Positions 9,652-18,248 of a DNA stretch of 64,000 nucleotides are shown in pieces. Position 1 is the first letter of the stretch. Each line of letters begins with the position of its first letter. The translations under genes and the position numbers were made by a program. Source of the stretch: Verrucomicrobiaceae bacterium (lineage in GTDB: Bacteria > Pseudomonadota > Gammaproteobacteria > Pseudomonadales > CAMLJR01); contig JAQGNY010000027.1 of NCBI GenBank assembly GCA_028293825.1, positions 17,531 to 81,530 on the forward strand, in the 5' to 3' direction. Under the pieces are notes generated by a model. That model was not told the origin of the DNA. It was given only the letters and a program-made list of their open reading frames with translations, and did no database searches.

Positions 9652-12411
9652 CTATTGCCAGCCATAGCGGCGTGCGTAAATTCCTTTTACCGCTTGTGTC
9701 AGCGCCATATAAGCCACCAGCAGTGCAATTAAATACGGGAAATAACTCCAAGGCAGCGCCTGCATTTTAAAATAGCTGGCGAACGGTCCCATCGGAGTAA
9801 ATATACCAATCGCCATAACGCACAGCGTCATTCCCAGCAGCGGCCATGCGGCGCGGCTTTGCAGAAAGGGGATTTTCTGAGTGCGAATCATATGCACAAT
9901 CAATGTCTGCGAAATCAAACCTTCGACGAACCAGCCGGATTGAAACAACGTCTGTTGTGCCGGCGTGCTGGCGCCGAAAGCGAACCACATTAAGCAAAAT
10001 GTGGCGATGTCGAATATCGAACTGATCGGGCCGAAGAACAGCATAAAGCGCCCGATTTCATCCGGATTCCAATGCTGAGGTTTTTCCAATAACTCAGTAT
10101 CGACATGATCGAATGGAATCGCAATTTGCGAAATGTCATACAGTAAATTCTGTACCAGCAATTGCAACGGTAGCATCGGCAGGAACGGCAGAAATGCGCT
10201 GGCGATCAGCACTGAAAACACATTGCCGAAATTAGAGCTAGCCGTCATTTTGATATATTTGAGCATATTGCTGAACGTTTTACGTCCCTCCAAAACGCCT
10301 TCTTCCAAAATCATTAAACTTTTTTCGAGCAAAATAATATCGGCAGCTTCTTTGGCGATATCGACCGCGCTGTCGACGGAAATGCCAATGTCGGCGCCGC
10401 GCAATGCCGGCGCGTCGTTAATGCCGTCGCCCATGAAGCCGACGACATGACCGTTTTTCCGCAGCGCCAATACAATCCGCTCTTTGTGAGCCGGCGTTAA
10501 TTTAGCGAATACATTAATCGGCTCGACGACCAGCGCGAGTTCTTCGTCGCTCATGGCTTCGATATCCGAACCCAGTTTGACGCCGGTCATTTCCAAGCCG
10601 ACTTCTCGGCAAATTTTCGTGGTGACGAGTTCGTTGTCGCCGGTGAGAATTTTTACCGTGACGCCATGTTTTTTCAATGCGGTTAATGCAGTGGCGGTGG
10701 ATTCTTTGGGCGGGTCTAAAAATGCGATATAGCCGATCAATGTCAACTGGCTTTCATCGGCAACGCCGTAAACCGCTTGAGTGGGTGGCAATTCTTTTGC
10801 GGCGACCGCGACTACGCGCAACCCTTCTTCGTTCAAAGATTGCGTGACTGCGCGCACGCGTTCGTAGGTGGAATCGTTTAGCGGCTCTTCGGTTTCACCG
10901 GTGCGTAAATGAGTGCAGCAGGCGAGAATTTCTTCGACCGCACCTTTGCAAATTAACAGGTGATGATCGTCGCGTTCGGCGACAACGACCGACATGCGCC
11001 GACGCTGAAAATCAAAGGGGATTTCATCGACTTTGACGAAGTTGGCGCTGACATCGAGATTGCGGTGTACCTCAACGTGTTCGAGCACCGCGTGATCGAG
11101 CAAGTTTTTCAGGCCGGTTTGGTAATAGCTATTTAAGTAAGCGTATTCCAATACATCGTCGGAAGTGGTCCCGAAAATATCGGTGTGTCGTTCCAGAAAA
11201 ATTTTATCCTGCGTCAGCGTACCGGTCTTGTCGGTGCACAGGACATCCATTGCGCCGAAATTCTGAATCGCATCGAGCCGTTTCACGATAACTTTTTTGC
11301 GCGACAACGTGACTGCGCCTTTTGCCAGCGTGGAGGTCACGATCATCGGCAGCATTTCTGGTGTTAATCCGACTGCGATGGACAGCGCAAATAAAAACGC
11401 TTCGAGCCAATCGTGCTTGGTGAAACCGTTAATTAATAGAACGATCGGCACCATCACCAACATAAAGCGAATTAACAACCAGCTCACTTTATTTACGCCG
11501 GCCTGAAATGCCGTTGGCGATCGATCGGTGCTGCTGACGCGCTCCGCAATAGCGCCGAAATATGTGCGATTGCCGGTGTTGAGGACGATAGCGCTGGCGG
11601 CGCCGCTGACGACATTGGTGCCCATAAATAAAATATTGTCGAGATCAAGCGGGTTTTTCGCCGCGCTATCACGCTGTAGCGCAAATTTTTCGACTGGCAA
11701 CGATTCGCCGGTCATCGCCGCTTGCGCAACGAATAAATCCTTTGCGGTCAGCACGCGCAAGTCGGCTGGAATCATATCGCCGGCCGATAAAATAATGATA
11801 TCGCCGGGTACTAACAGTTTGATCGGCAGCTCGATTCGCGCTGATGGTTTTGCGTGCAATTGCGCATCGAAATATTTTTCGGCAATTTCCGCTGCGGTTT
11901 CAGAAATATCGCGTCGCGATACCGTCGCAGTATTACTCACCATCGCTTTGAGTTTTTCCGCCGCGCGATTGGAGCGTGACTCCTGCACAAAACGTATCAG
12001 CGTCGACAGGCCGACCATGGTGCCGATGACGACACTGGCGGTGATGTCGCCGGTATAGAACGAAATGCTCGCGAGTACGGTTAGCAATAAATTGAATGGA
12101 TTTTTATAGCAGAGCCACAGATGTAGCCACCACGACAATGGTTTTTCTTGCTCGATTTCGTTTGGGCCGATGCGTTTGCGAATTTCGTCGGCTTCGACTT
12201 CGCTCAATCCATCTTGATGGCTTTGCAGGCGCTTAATTAACGCCCCGGTTTCAGTGTTGGCGCTGGCAATTAATTCTTGCGATAACGCGGGAGGAATTTG
12301 TTTCGATACGTCGTGACCGCGCAACATATCGAGAATGGCGAGACGGCGAAAATGATGTGTGGTGCGCCGCGTACGCAAAAATGTCGCGAATAGATGCTGC
12401 AATATATTCAT
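9652..12411 (-). CDS. mgtA: Mg2+-importing P-type ATPase
   Basis: 919-aa ORF with TGES (MTGESLPVEK), the phosphorylation site CTDKTGTLTQ, the hinge GDGINDAPAL, and an MgtA/MgtB-type length and TM layout. Confidence 0.93.
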   Translation of the reverse strand: MNILQHLFATFLRTRRTTHHFRRLAILDMLRGHDVSKQIPPALSQELIASANTETGALIKRLQSHQDGLSEVEADEIRKRIGPNEIEQEKPLSWWLHLWLCYKNPFNLLLTVLASISFYTGDITASVVIGTMVGLSTLIRFVQESRSNRAAEKLKAMVSNTATVSRRDISETAAEIAEKYFDAQLHAKPSARIELPIKLLVPGDIIILSAGDMIPADLRVLTAKDLFVAQAAMTGESLPVEKFALQRDSAAKNPLDLDNILFMGTNVVSGAASAIVLNTGNRTYFGAIAERVSSTDRSPTAFQAGVNKVSWLLIRFMLVMVPIVLLINGFTKHDWLEAFLFALSIAVGLTPEMLPMIVTSTLAKGAVTLSRKKVIVKRLDAIQNFGAMDVLCTDKTGTLTQDKIFLERHTDIFGTTSDDVLEYAYLNSYYQTGLKNLLDHAVLEHVEVHRNLDVSANFVKVDEIPFDFQRRRMSVVVAERDDHHLLICKGAVEEILACCTHLRTGETEEPLNDSTYERVRAVTQSLNEEGLRVVAVAAKELPPTQAVYGVADESQLTLIGYIAFLDPPKESTATALTALKKHGVTVKILTGDNELVTTKICREVGLEMTGVKLGSDIEAMSDEELALVVEPINVFAKLTPAHKERIVLALRKNGHVVGFMGDGINDAPALRGADIGISVDSAVDIAKEAADIILLEKSLMILEEGVLEGRKTFSNMLKYIKMTASSNFGNVFSVLIASAFLPFLPMLPLQLLVQNLLYDISQIAIPFDHVDTELLEKPQHWNPDEIGRFMLFFGPISSIFDIATFCLMWFAFGASTPAQQTLFQSGWFVEGLISQTLIVHMIRTQKIPFLQSRAAWPLLGMTLCVMAIGIFTPMGPFASYFKMQALPWSYFPYLIALLVAYMALTQAVKGIYARRYGWQ

Positions 12412-12655
12412 CGCGCATTCCTCAGGCTGATCTAGGAAATGATGTAAAAGCTTAGGCGAGATCTTTTCGTGGCAAATGATTTCTTTGCAAATAGCTTCGT
12501 AGCGATAGTTTTTCGTTGCAGTGGTGTAGATGCGCGGAAAATCCTACCGGAGCAATTTGCAAGGAGTCTGCGCGGTGAACTGGCGATTGTGACTATCGCA
12601 TATATCTTTGACGAATTGCTGACAGGGCCGGATATAAAGAGTTTTGCGAGACAAG

Positions 12656-12689
12656 CGTTCTGAGGCGAACGCGAATTCGCCTCAGAACG
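12656..12689 (-). terminator. Strong hairpin downstream of the ndvB-like gene (no clear U-tract)
   Basis: CGTTCTGAGGCGAA-cgcgaa-TTCGCCTCAGAACG, a perfect 14-bp stem, 20 nt after the stop at 12710. The flanking sequence is not T-rich on the minus strand. Confidence 0.5.
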
Positions 12690-12709
12690 TGTTGGTCAGT
12701 ATGGATTGG

Positions 12710-15394
12710 TTAGTGTGAATTGGAAGCCGTTGTAGCTGGAGTAGTTTCAGCGGTGAACGGTTTAGCGCTACTAATTACCGACATAATTACCGCTGCGAAG
12801 TAGGGCAGCGATTGGATCGTGATAGTGATCAGCCACAGCCGCAAATCGCTCGCGGTTAAATTGTCTTGGCGGGTCAGCGCAATTCCGATGGCTGCGCCCC
12901 ATAGCAGAAGTGTCAGAATCGTTTCTTCGGATACGAGTAGCAGCGCGAACCACACCGATTCACGGTCCTTCATTTTCGGTGTACGCAAAAACGGTATCTT
13001 GCTAGTGAAAATGCCATACAACATCGCTTTCGAAATAACGTAGCTAAGCGCGAGTCCGGCCAGCGCCGCTTGCATCGTCGTGATTTGATCGGTGCCGACA
13101 CGTTTGCGATAAACGTAATACAGCTTCATTAATTTGAAAAAGAACAGCGCGAGCGGCGGTATGGCATAGACCGCGAGCGGTGGGTCGATATGTTTCGACA
13201 GAATCATCCCTGCCGACCACATCAGTGCGCCGAACGTAAAGAATAAATTCATCCCGTCAGCGACCCACGGCAACCAGCCAGCGACGAAGTGGTAGCGCTG
13301 ACCGAGCGTCAACCGCGTTTCGCCACCTAAAAATAACGGCCGTGCGTATTTGCGCATGATCTGCACGGCGCCATAAGCCCAGCGGAAACGCTGCTTGCGA
13401 TAGTCGATGAAGTTATCCGGGATTAATCCTTTGCCGTAGCTCTGTTCGATGTAAGCCGCTTCGTAGCCGGCATGGAATACGCGCAAGCCCAATTCGGCGT
13501 CTTCGGTAATGGTGTCTTCGCCCCAACCGCCTAAACTTTCCAGTGTTGTGCGCCGCACCATGGTCATGGTGCCGTGCTGAATAATCGCGTTGCGATCGTT
13601 GCGCGTAACCATGCCGATATGGAAGAAGCCCTGATATTCGGCGTAACACATTTTTTTGAACAGCGTTTCACCGCCGTCGCGATAATCCTGCGGCGCCTGC
13701 ACGATGGCGATATTCGGATTTTGAAAATGCGGCACCAGCGCGCTGAGCCAATCGGTATGCACTTGATAGTCGCTGTCGATTACCGCGATCACATCGGCAT
13801 CGGCAGCCGTATTGCGCAACGCGAAATTAAGTGCGCCGCCTTTAAAGCCTTCAAGCGGAGCGACGTGGAAGAAGCGATAACGCGGATCGTTTAATTGCGC
13901 ACAATATTCTTCGACTGGACGCCACACCGTTTCGTCTTTGGTGTTGTTGTCGATGATCAGTACTTCGTAATTTGCATAGCGCAAATTGCGCAGCGCATTA
14001 ATCGTTTCTATCACCATGTCGGGCGGTTCGTTGTAACAAGGCACGTGAATCGATACTTTCGGACGATAGCTGCTGTCGATATCTTCGGCCGGTCCGAACG
14101 GACGTTTACGCCGCATCACCCAAACCGCTTCGGCCCATTCGTGCGCTTCCACAAATAAAACCGTGGCGACGCCAATCGCGCTGAGCGACAAAATAATACC
14201 GAGAATAATAGTACCGGTGGACGCGTAGGGATCGAGTATCTGATACGCCATATACACCAGTGTCGACGTGGTGATAAATGCAACCGCAGCGAGAAAGCTA
14301 ACTGCGCGTCGACGCATATGTTGCGCGTCGACCAAAAACATCAGGAACGTAAGAATGCCGAGCGCAATCGTAATCGCAACCAATGTGCGCCATTCGGGGA
14401 TGGGTTGTAGCGGTCCCTTCAACGCAAATTTGGGTTGGCGGTCGGCGTTAAATACGCCCCAGTACGCACCGACCGCGCCTTCCTGTTTCATTTTCCAGGG
14501 CTGGTCGAATGCTTCCATGATGAAAAAATCGTAGTGATTTTTTTGCGCGAGCGGAAAAAAGTTTCGGAGGAATTTTCCTTCCAGTGCATCGGACGCTTGC
14601 GCCTGACCTTTCTCGCGGCCACGACTGGGCCAGCCTACTTCGGCAATTAAAATCGGTTTGTTTTTGTATTGGGGTTGTTCCTTCAATTTATTGTACGAAG
14701 CGGCGATATCGTCGTTCGCGTAATCGATGCCTTTACCGAGCCAGTACGGCAATAAATGCGCGCCGATAAAATCGACGCTGGCGCCGAGTGCTTTATTTTC
14801 CGGATGCTCGCCGGGTTTATCCTCGGTGAGCCAAAAATCCCAAGAGTCTGCAGTGGATGTTGGGATTTTGCGATTCACGCCTTCGCGCACGTAATTTATG
14901 TACGCAACCAGATCATCGCCGGTTAATTCTTCGCGCAGCAGTGTTTCGTTGCCGACGATGATGCGCTCGATATTGGTACTGCGATTGACGATTTCGATCA
15001 GCCGCTTCAACTCGACCATATTCTCTTCGCGGTTATCGGTCATCCATGCGCCGATCGTGACTTTGAGATTATGTTTCGCCGCGATGGCGGGAATGTCGCC
15101 GAGAATGCCAGCGACCGAATACGTGCGAATGTGCCGCGTGTGTTGCGATAGCAACGCTAAGTCTTCATCGATTTGTTCGGCGCTGGGATAATTTTTATCG
15201 ATGGGGCTTTGTCCGTTTCGATACGGCGAATAGGCAAAGCCGGATACTTCTTTCGGGAACGGTGCGACTTCTTCGGGGCGATTTAGCAAGCCCCACATGC
15301 CCAGCGTAATGGCGGACAAACTGAACAACACGAAAATAACGTGAAAGATATTGGTGAACGAGCGGGTGGGGTTCGCAGTGTCGACCATAAGCAT
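12710..15394 (-). CDS. ndvB: NdvB-like beta-glucan synthase: N-terminal GH17 domain fused to a membrane GT2 processive glycosyltransferase
   Basis: 894-aa ORF. GH17 hallmarks are IRTYS, VGNETLLR and AEVGWPSRG. GT2 hallmarks are VIDSDY (DxD), PQDYRDG and KQRFRWAYG (QxxRW). Several TM segments separate and follow the domains. Confidence 0.85.
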   Translation of the reverse strand: MLMVDTANPTRSFTNIFHVIFVLFSLSAITLGMWGLLNRPEEVAPFPKEVSGFAYSPYRNGQSPIDKNYPSAEQIDEDLALLSQHTRHIRTYSVAGILGDIPAIAAKHNLKVTIGAWMTDNREENMVELKRLIEIVNRSTNIERIIVGNETLLREELTGDDLVAYINYVREGVNRKIPTSTADSWDFWLTEDKPGEHPENKALGASVDFIGAHLLPYWLGKGIDYANDDIAASYNKLKEQPQYKNKPILIAEVGWPSRGREKGQAQASDALEGKFLRNFFPLAQKNHYDFFIMEAFDQPWKMKQEGAVGAYWGVFNADRQPKFALKGPLQPIPEWRTLVAITIALGILTFLMFLVDAQHMRRRAVSFLAAVAFITTSTLVYMAYQILDPYASTGTIILGIILSLSAIGVATVLFVEAHEWAEAVWVMRRKRPFGPAEDIDSSYRPKVSIHVPCYNEPPDMVIETINALRNLRYANYEVLIIDNNTKDETVWRPVEEYCAQLNDPRYRFFHVAPLEGFKGGALNFALRNTAADADVIAVIDSDYQVHTDWLSALVPHFQNPNIAIVQAPQDYRDGGETLFKKMCYAEYQGFFHIGMVTRNDRNAIIQHGTMTMVRRTTLESLGGWGEDTITEDAELGLRVFHAGYEAAYIEQSYGKGLIPDNFIDYRKQRFRWAYGAVQIMRKYARPLFLGGETRLTLGQRYHFVAGWLPWVADGMNLFFTFGALMWSAGMILSKHIDPPLAVYAIPPLALFFFKLMKLYYVYRKRVGTDQITTMQAALAGLALSYVISKAMLYGIFTSKIPFLRTPKMKDRESVWFALLLVSEETILTLLLWGAAIGIALTRQDNLTASDLRLWLITITIQSLPYFAAVIMSVISSAKPFTAETTPATTASNSH

Positions 15395-15490
15395 CCGATA
15401 AATTGAGGGTTACCCGTGAGGGCGTCATTCTAAGATAAAGTTCCAGGCCGTGACAGCGAGTTGCTGCACAGCCGGGCAGGATGCTGACAA

Positions 15491-16147
15491 CTATTCGATG
15501 TTAGCGGGTGCGGCGGTGGTTTTGTTTTTCAGCCATGCTATTGCGGCCGGCAGCAGCGACACAGCAATAATGACGAGGATTACAAGCGTTAAATTTTTCT
15601 TAATGAATGGAATGTTGCCGAAAAAATATCCAGCCAGCGATAGCGAAATAATCCACAGCAGCGCGCCGATAAAATTGAAAAATTGAAAACGCGCAACGCC
15701 CATCGATGAGATGCCGGCAATAAAAGGTGTAAATGTGCGCAGAATAGGCATGAAGCGCGTGATGACCAACGTTTTGCCGCCGTGCTTTTCGTAGAACTGA
15801 TGCGCACGATTTAACGCATCGCGATTGAAGAAACGTGAATTAGGCCACAAAAATACTTTCGGACCTAAATAACTGCCGATGGCGTAATTCACCGTGTTAC
15901 CGAGAATTGCCGCCGCGCATAACAGCAATATCAGCAGACCGATATTCATCGTGCCGGCAGCGGCAAATGCGCCCGCCACAAATAACAGCGAATCACCGGG
16001 TAAAAACGGCAAAACAACTAAGCCGGTTTCGCAAAAAATAATGAGAAATAAAATGGCGTACACCCAGATGCCATAATCGGCGATCACCTGTCCCAGCGTG
16101 GCATCGAGATGCAGCAACATATGTATCGCTTGCAGAATAAAATCCAT
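15491..16147 (-). CDS. DedA/VTT-family inner-membrane protein
   Basis: 218-aa polytopic ORF with the DedA signature region FLIIFCETGLVVLPFLPGDSLLF and ...GKTLVITRFMPILRTF. It lies upstream of, and on the same strand as, the ndvB-like gene. Confidence 0.85.
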   Translation of the reverse strand: MDFILQAIHMLLHLDATLGQVIADYGIWVYAILFLIIFCETGLVVLPFLPGDSLLFVAGAFAAAGTMNIGLLILLLCAAAILGNTVNYAIGSYLGPKVFLWPNSRFFNRDALNRAHQFYEKHGGKTLVITRFMPILRTFTPFIAGISSMGVARFQFFNFIGALLWIISLSLAGYFFGNIPFIKKNLTLVILVIIAVSLLPAAIAWLKNKTTAAPANIE

Positions 16148-16291
16148 TGGGAGCAGGCCTGCGGTGTGAGTTAAGGCGCGCCGACTTTACCGAGTTTTCG
16201 ATGACTGCGCTACCGCGAATGCTGGTACTGAGTTACGCCTTGCTGCTACGATGCGCGCGATCAAATTTTATCGTGTCGGTGCATATTCTCA

Positions 16292-17878
16292 GTGTCTTCT
16301 CGTTTTATTGTTCCCATTTATTTGCTTGCGCTCGCAGCGGTTATCGCAGCGCTGTACGGCTTTTGGGCGTATCAGGGGCGCACCGTGGTGCTACCTGAAA
16401 TCGCATCGGCCACGCATAAATTGCAATGCGTGTCGTACAGTCCGTTTGCGAAAGATCAATCGCCATTAGCGCCGTCGTTTGTTATTCGTCCCGAGCAAAT
16501 GGACGCGGATCTTGCGATTCTCGCGAAATATTTTTCGTGCGTGCGCACTTATTCGATGACCGGTTTAGAACAGCTGCCGGTTTATGCTCAAAAGCATGGC
16601 CTGAAGGTAATGCTCGGTGCGTGGGTGGGCTCGGACCCGGTATCGACGAAATTGGAAATCGATCAGTTAATTGCTGCGGCCAATCGCTATCCCGACGTGG
16701 TGCAGTCGGTGATCGTCGGCAATGAGGCATTGCTGCGCAAAGATATTTCCGGTGCACGTTTGGCCGAGCTGATCACGCAAGTTAAAAGTCAGGTGCACCA
16801 GCCAGTGACTTACGCCGATGTGTGGGAGTTTTGGGATAAGAATCCCGAAGTAGCACCGGCAGTCGATTTCATCACCATTCATTTATTGCCGTATTGGGAA
16901 GATGAGCCTTCCAGCATCGACCGCGCGCTCGATCACGTTGCCAATATTCGCGAAGACTTTGGTCGGCGGTTTTCGCCAAAAGATATTTTAATTGGCGAGA
17001 CCGGTTGGCCGAGCGAAGGCCGTCAGCGCGAAACCGCTCGCACCGGACGTATCAATCAGGCGAAATTCATTCGCGGATTTGTCGCGATGGCTGAGCATAA
17101 CGGCTGGGATTACAACTTGATCGAGGCCTTCGATCAGCCATGGAAGCGTGTTAATGAAGGCGCGGTCGGCGGTTACTGGGGCTTGTTCGATGCCGACCGG
17201 CAAGACAAGCAGGTGCTTGCAGGACCGGTTTCGGATTTATCGAATTGGCAGTCTTGGCTACAAATCTCGGCTGCAATCGGGGTTTTGACGTTAATTGTTG
17301 TCGGTGTGCCGCAGCGACCTGGAACAGCCGTATTGGGGCCGTTGTTCGCACTGATCGGTTCGATTGGCATTGCGCTGTGGTGGCAGCAGGCGGTTAACGA
17401 CAACCGCGATATATGGGAGTGGCTGTGGACCGCCGCGCTGACGTTGCTCAATATCGTGATATTGGTGCGCACTGCGCTGGCGTTGGCACCACTTGATTCG
17501 GCGCGCGGCCGTGTGTTTGTGCGGCTCGAACAATACGCCGGTAAAATTTTGCTATGCAGCGGTTTCATCGGTGCGGTATTGACGCTGCAGTTGGTGTTTG
17601 ATGCGCGCTACCGCGAATTTCCCAGTTACATAATGCTGGTGCCGGCTCTGGGTTTCTTGCGTTGGCCGGCACACGCCGCAGTGCGCGAGTTGAAATTGTT
17701 GCTAGCGATTATTGCGCTGGGAATTCCGCTGCAATTACTCGAAGAGAAATTAACAAATACTCAGGCGCTGGGTTGGGCTGCGGTATCGGCGTTATTAGCG
17801 CTGGCGTTGTGGCGCTCATTGCGCACCAGCCGCAGTCCGGCAATCAGCAGTGCGAATACCGCCAGCGTCACTGTATAA
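16292..17878 (+). CDS. NdvC-like GH17 domain protein with a C-terminal polytopic membrane domain (beta-glucan branching/transglycosylase type)
   Basis: 528-aa ORF with a GTG start. It has an N-terminal TM segment, GH17 motifs VRTYSM, VGNEALLR and IGETGWPSEG, then about 5 TM segments. It is divergent from dedA-ndvB. Confidence 0.75.
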   Translation: MSSRFIVPIYLLALAAVIAALYGFWAYQGRTVVLPEIASATHKLQCVSYSPFAKDQSPLAPSFVIRPEQMDADLAILAKYFSCVRTYSMTGLEQLPVYAQKHGLKVMLGAWVGSDPVSTKLEIDQLIAAANRYPDVVQSVIVGNEALLRKDISGARLAELITQVKSQVHQPVTYADVWEFWDKNPEVAPAVDFITIHLLPYWEDEPSSIDRALDHVANIREDFGRRFSPKDILIGETGWPSEGRQRETARTGRINQAKFIRGFVAMAEHNGWDYNLIEAFDQPWKRVNEGAVGGYWGLFDADRQDKQVLAGPVSDLSNWQSWLQISAAIGVLTLIVVGVPQRPGTAVLGPLFALIGSIGIALWWQQAVNDNRDIWEWLWTAALTLLNIVILVRTALALAPLDSARGRVFVRLEQYAGKILLCSGFIGAVLTLQLVFDARYREFPSYIMLVPALGFLRWPAHAAVRELKLLLAIIALGIPLQLLEEKLTNTQALGWAAVSALLALALWRSLRTSRSPAISSANTASVTV

Positions 17879-18168
17879 AGCGTCAATGCTGGTAGCGCAA
17901 AAACAAGGCTAATCCACGCCAGCGTACGACCCAGTTTTCCGGCGATAAAAAAAGCCGGCACTGCGGTGATAATTGCGATCCACGCCAACACTTGAAAATG
18001 AATGGTCACTCCCACGCCGGCGCGCAACGCGCAGGCGGGATTGGTGGTGACACCACCGCATATATCGACCCAGCGCAGATTTTCCATCAGATAAAAACGC
18101 AACGCGTAGCCGAGCCCGAGCCAGCACAGCAGGGCGAATAATTTCAGCGGTAATTTCGAATGCATCAA
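17761..18168 (-). CDS. Small hypothetical membrane protein (3-4 TM segments)
   Basis: 135-aa ORF with clear hydrophobic helices (LFALLCWLGLGYAL, VLAWIAIITAVPAFFIAG, LAWISLVFALPALTLYTVTLAVFALLIAG). No family recognised. Its 3' end overlaps the ndvC-like gene convergently by 118 nt. Confidence 0.45.
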   Translation of the reverse strand: MMHSKLPLKLFALLCWLGLGYALRFYLMENLRWVDICGGVTTNPACALRAGVGVTIHFQVLAWIAIITAVPAFFIAGKLGRTLAWISLVFALPALTLYTVTLAVFALLIAGLRLVRNERHNASANNADTAAQPSA

Positions 18169-18248
18169 TAGTGCTCCACAACAGGCGCGCCACTATGCCT
18201 TGATACCGCTGGTGGCGGCAAGGTGGCGGCTACGGCTGAATAAAAGTG

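Noticed and set aside
12412-12655. M-box (ykoK) riboswitch or mgtL-type leader peptide upstream of mgtA
   Set aside because: I could not find the conserved M-box sequence blocks or a plausible leader ORF. I kept it only as an open question in the findings.
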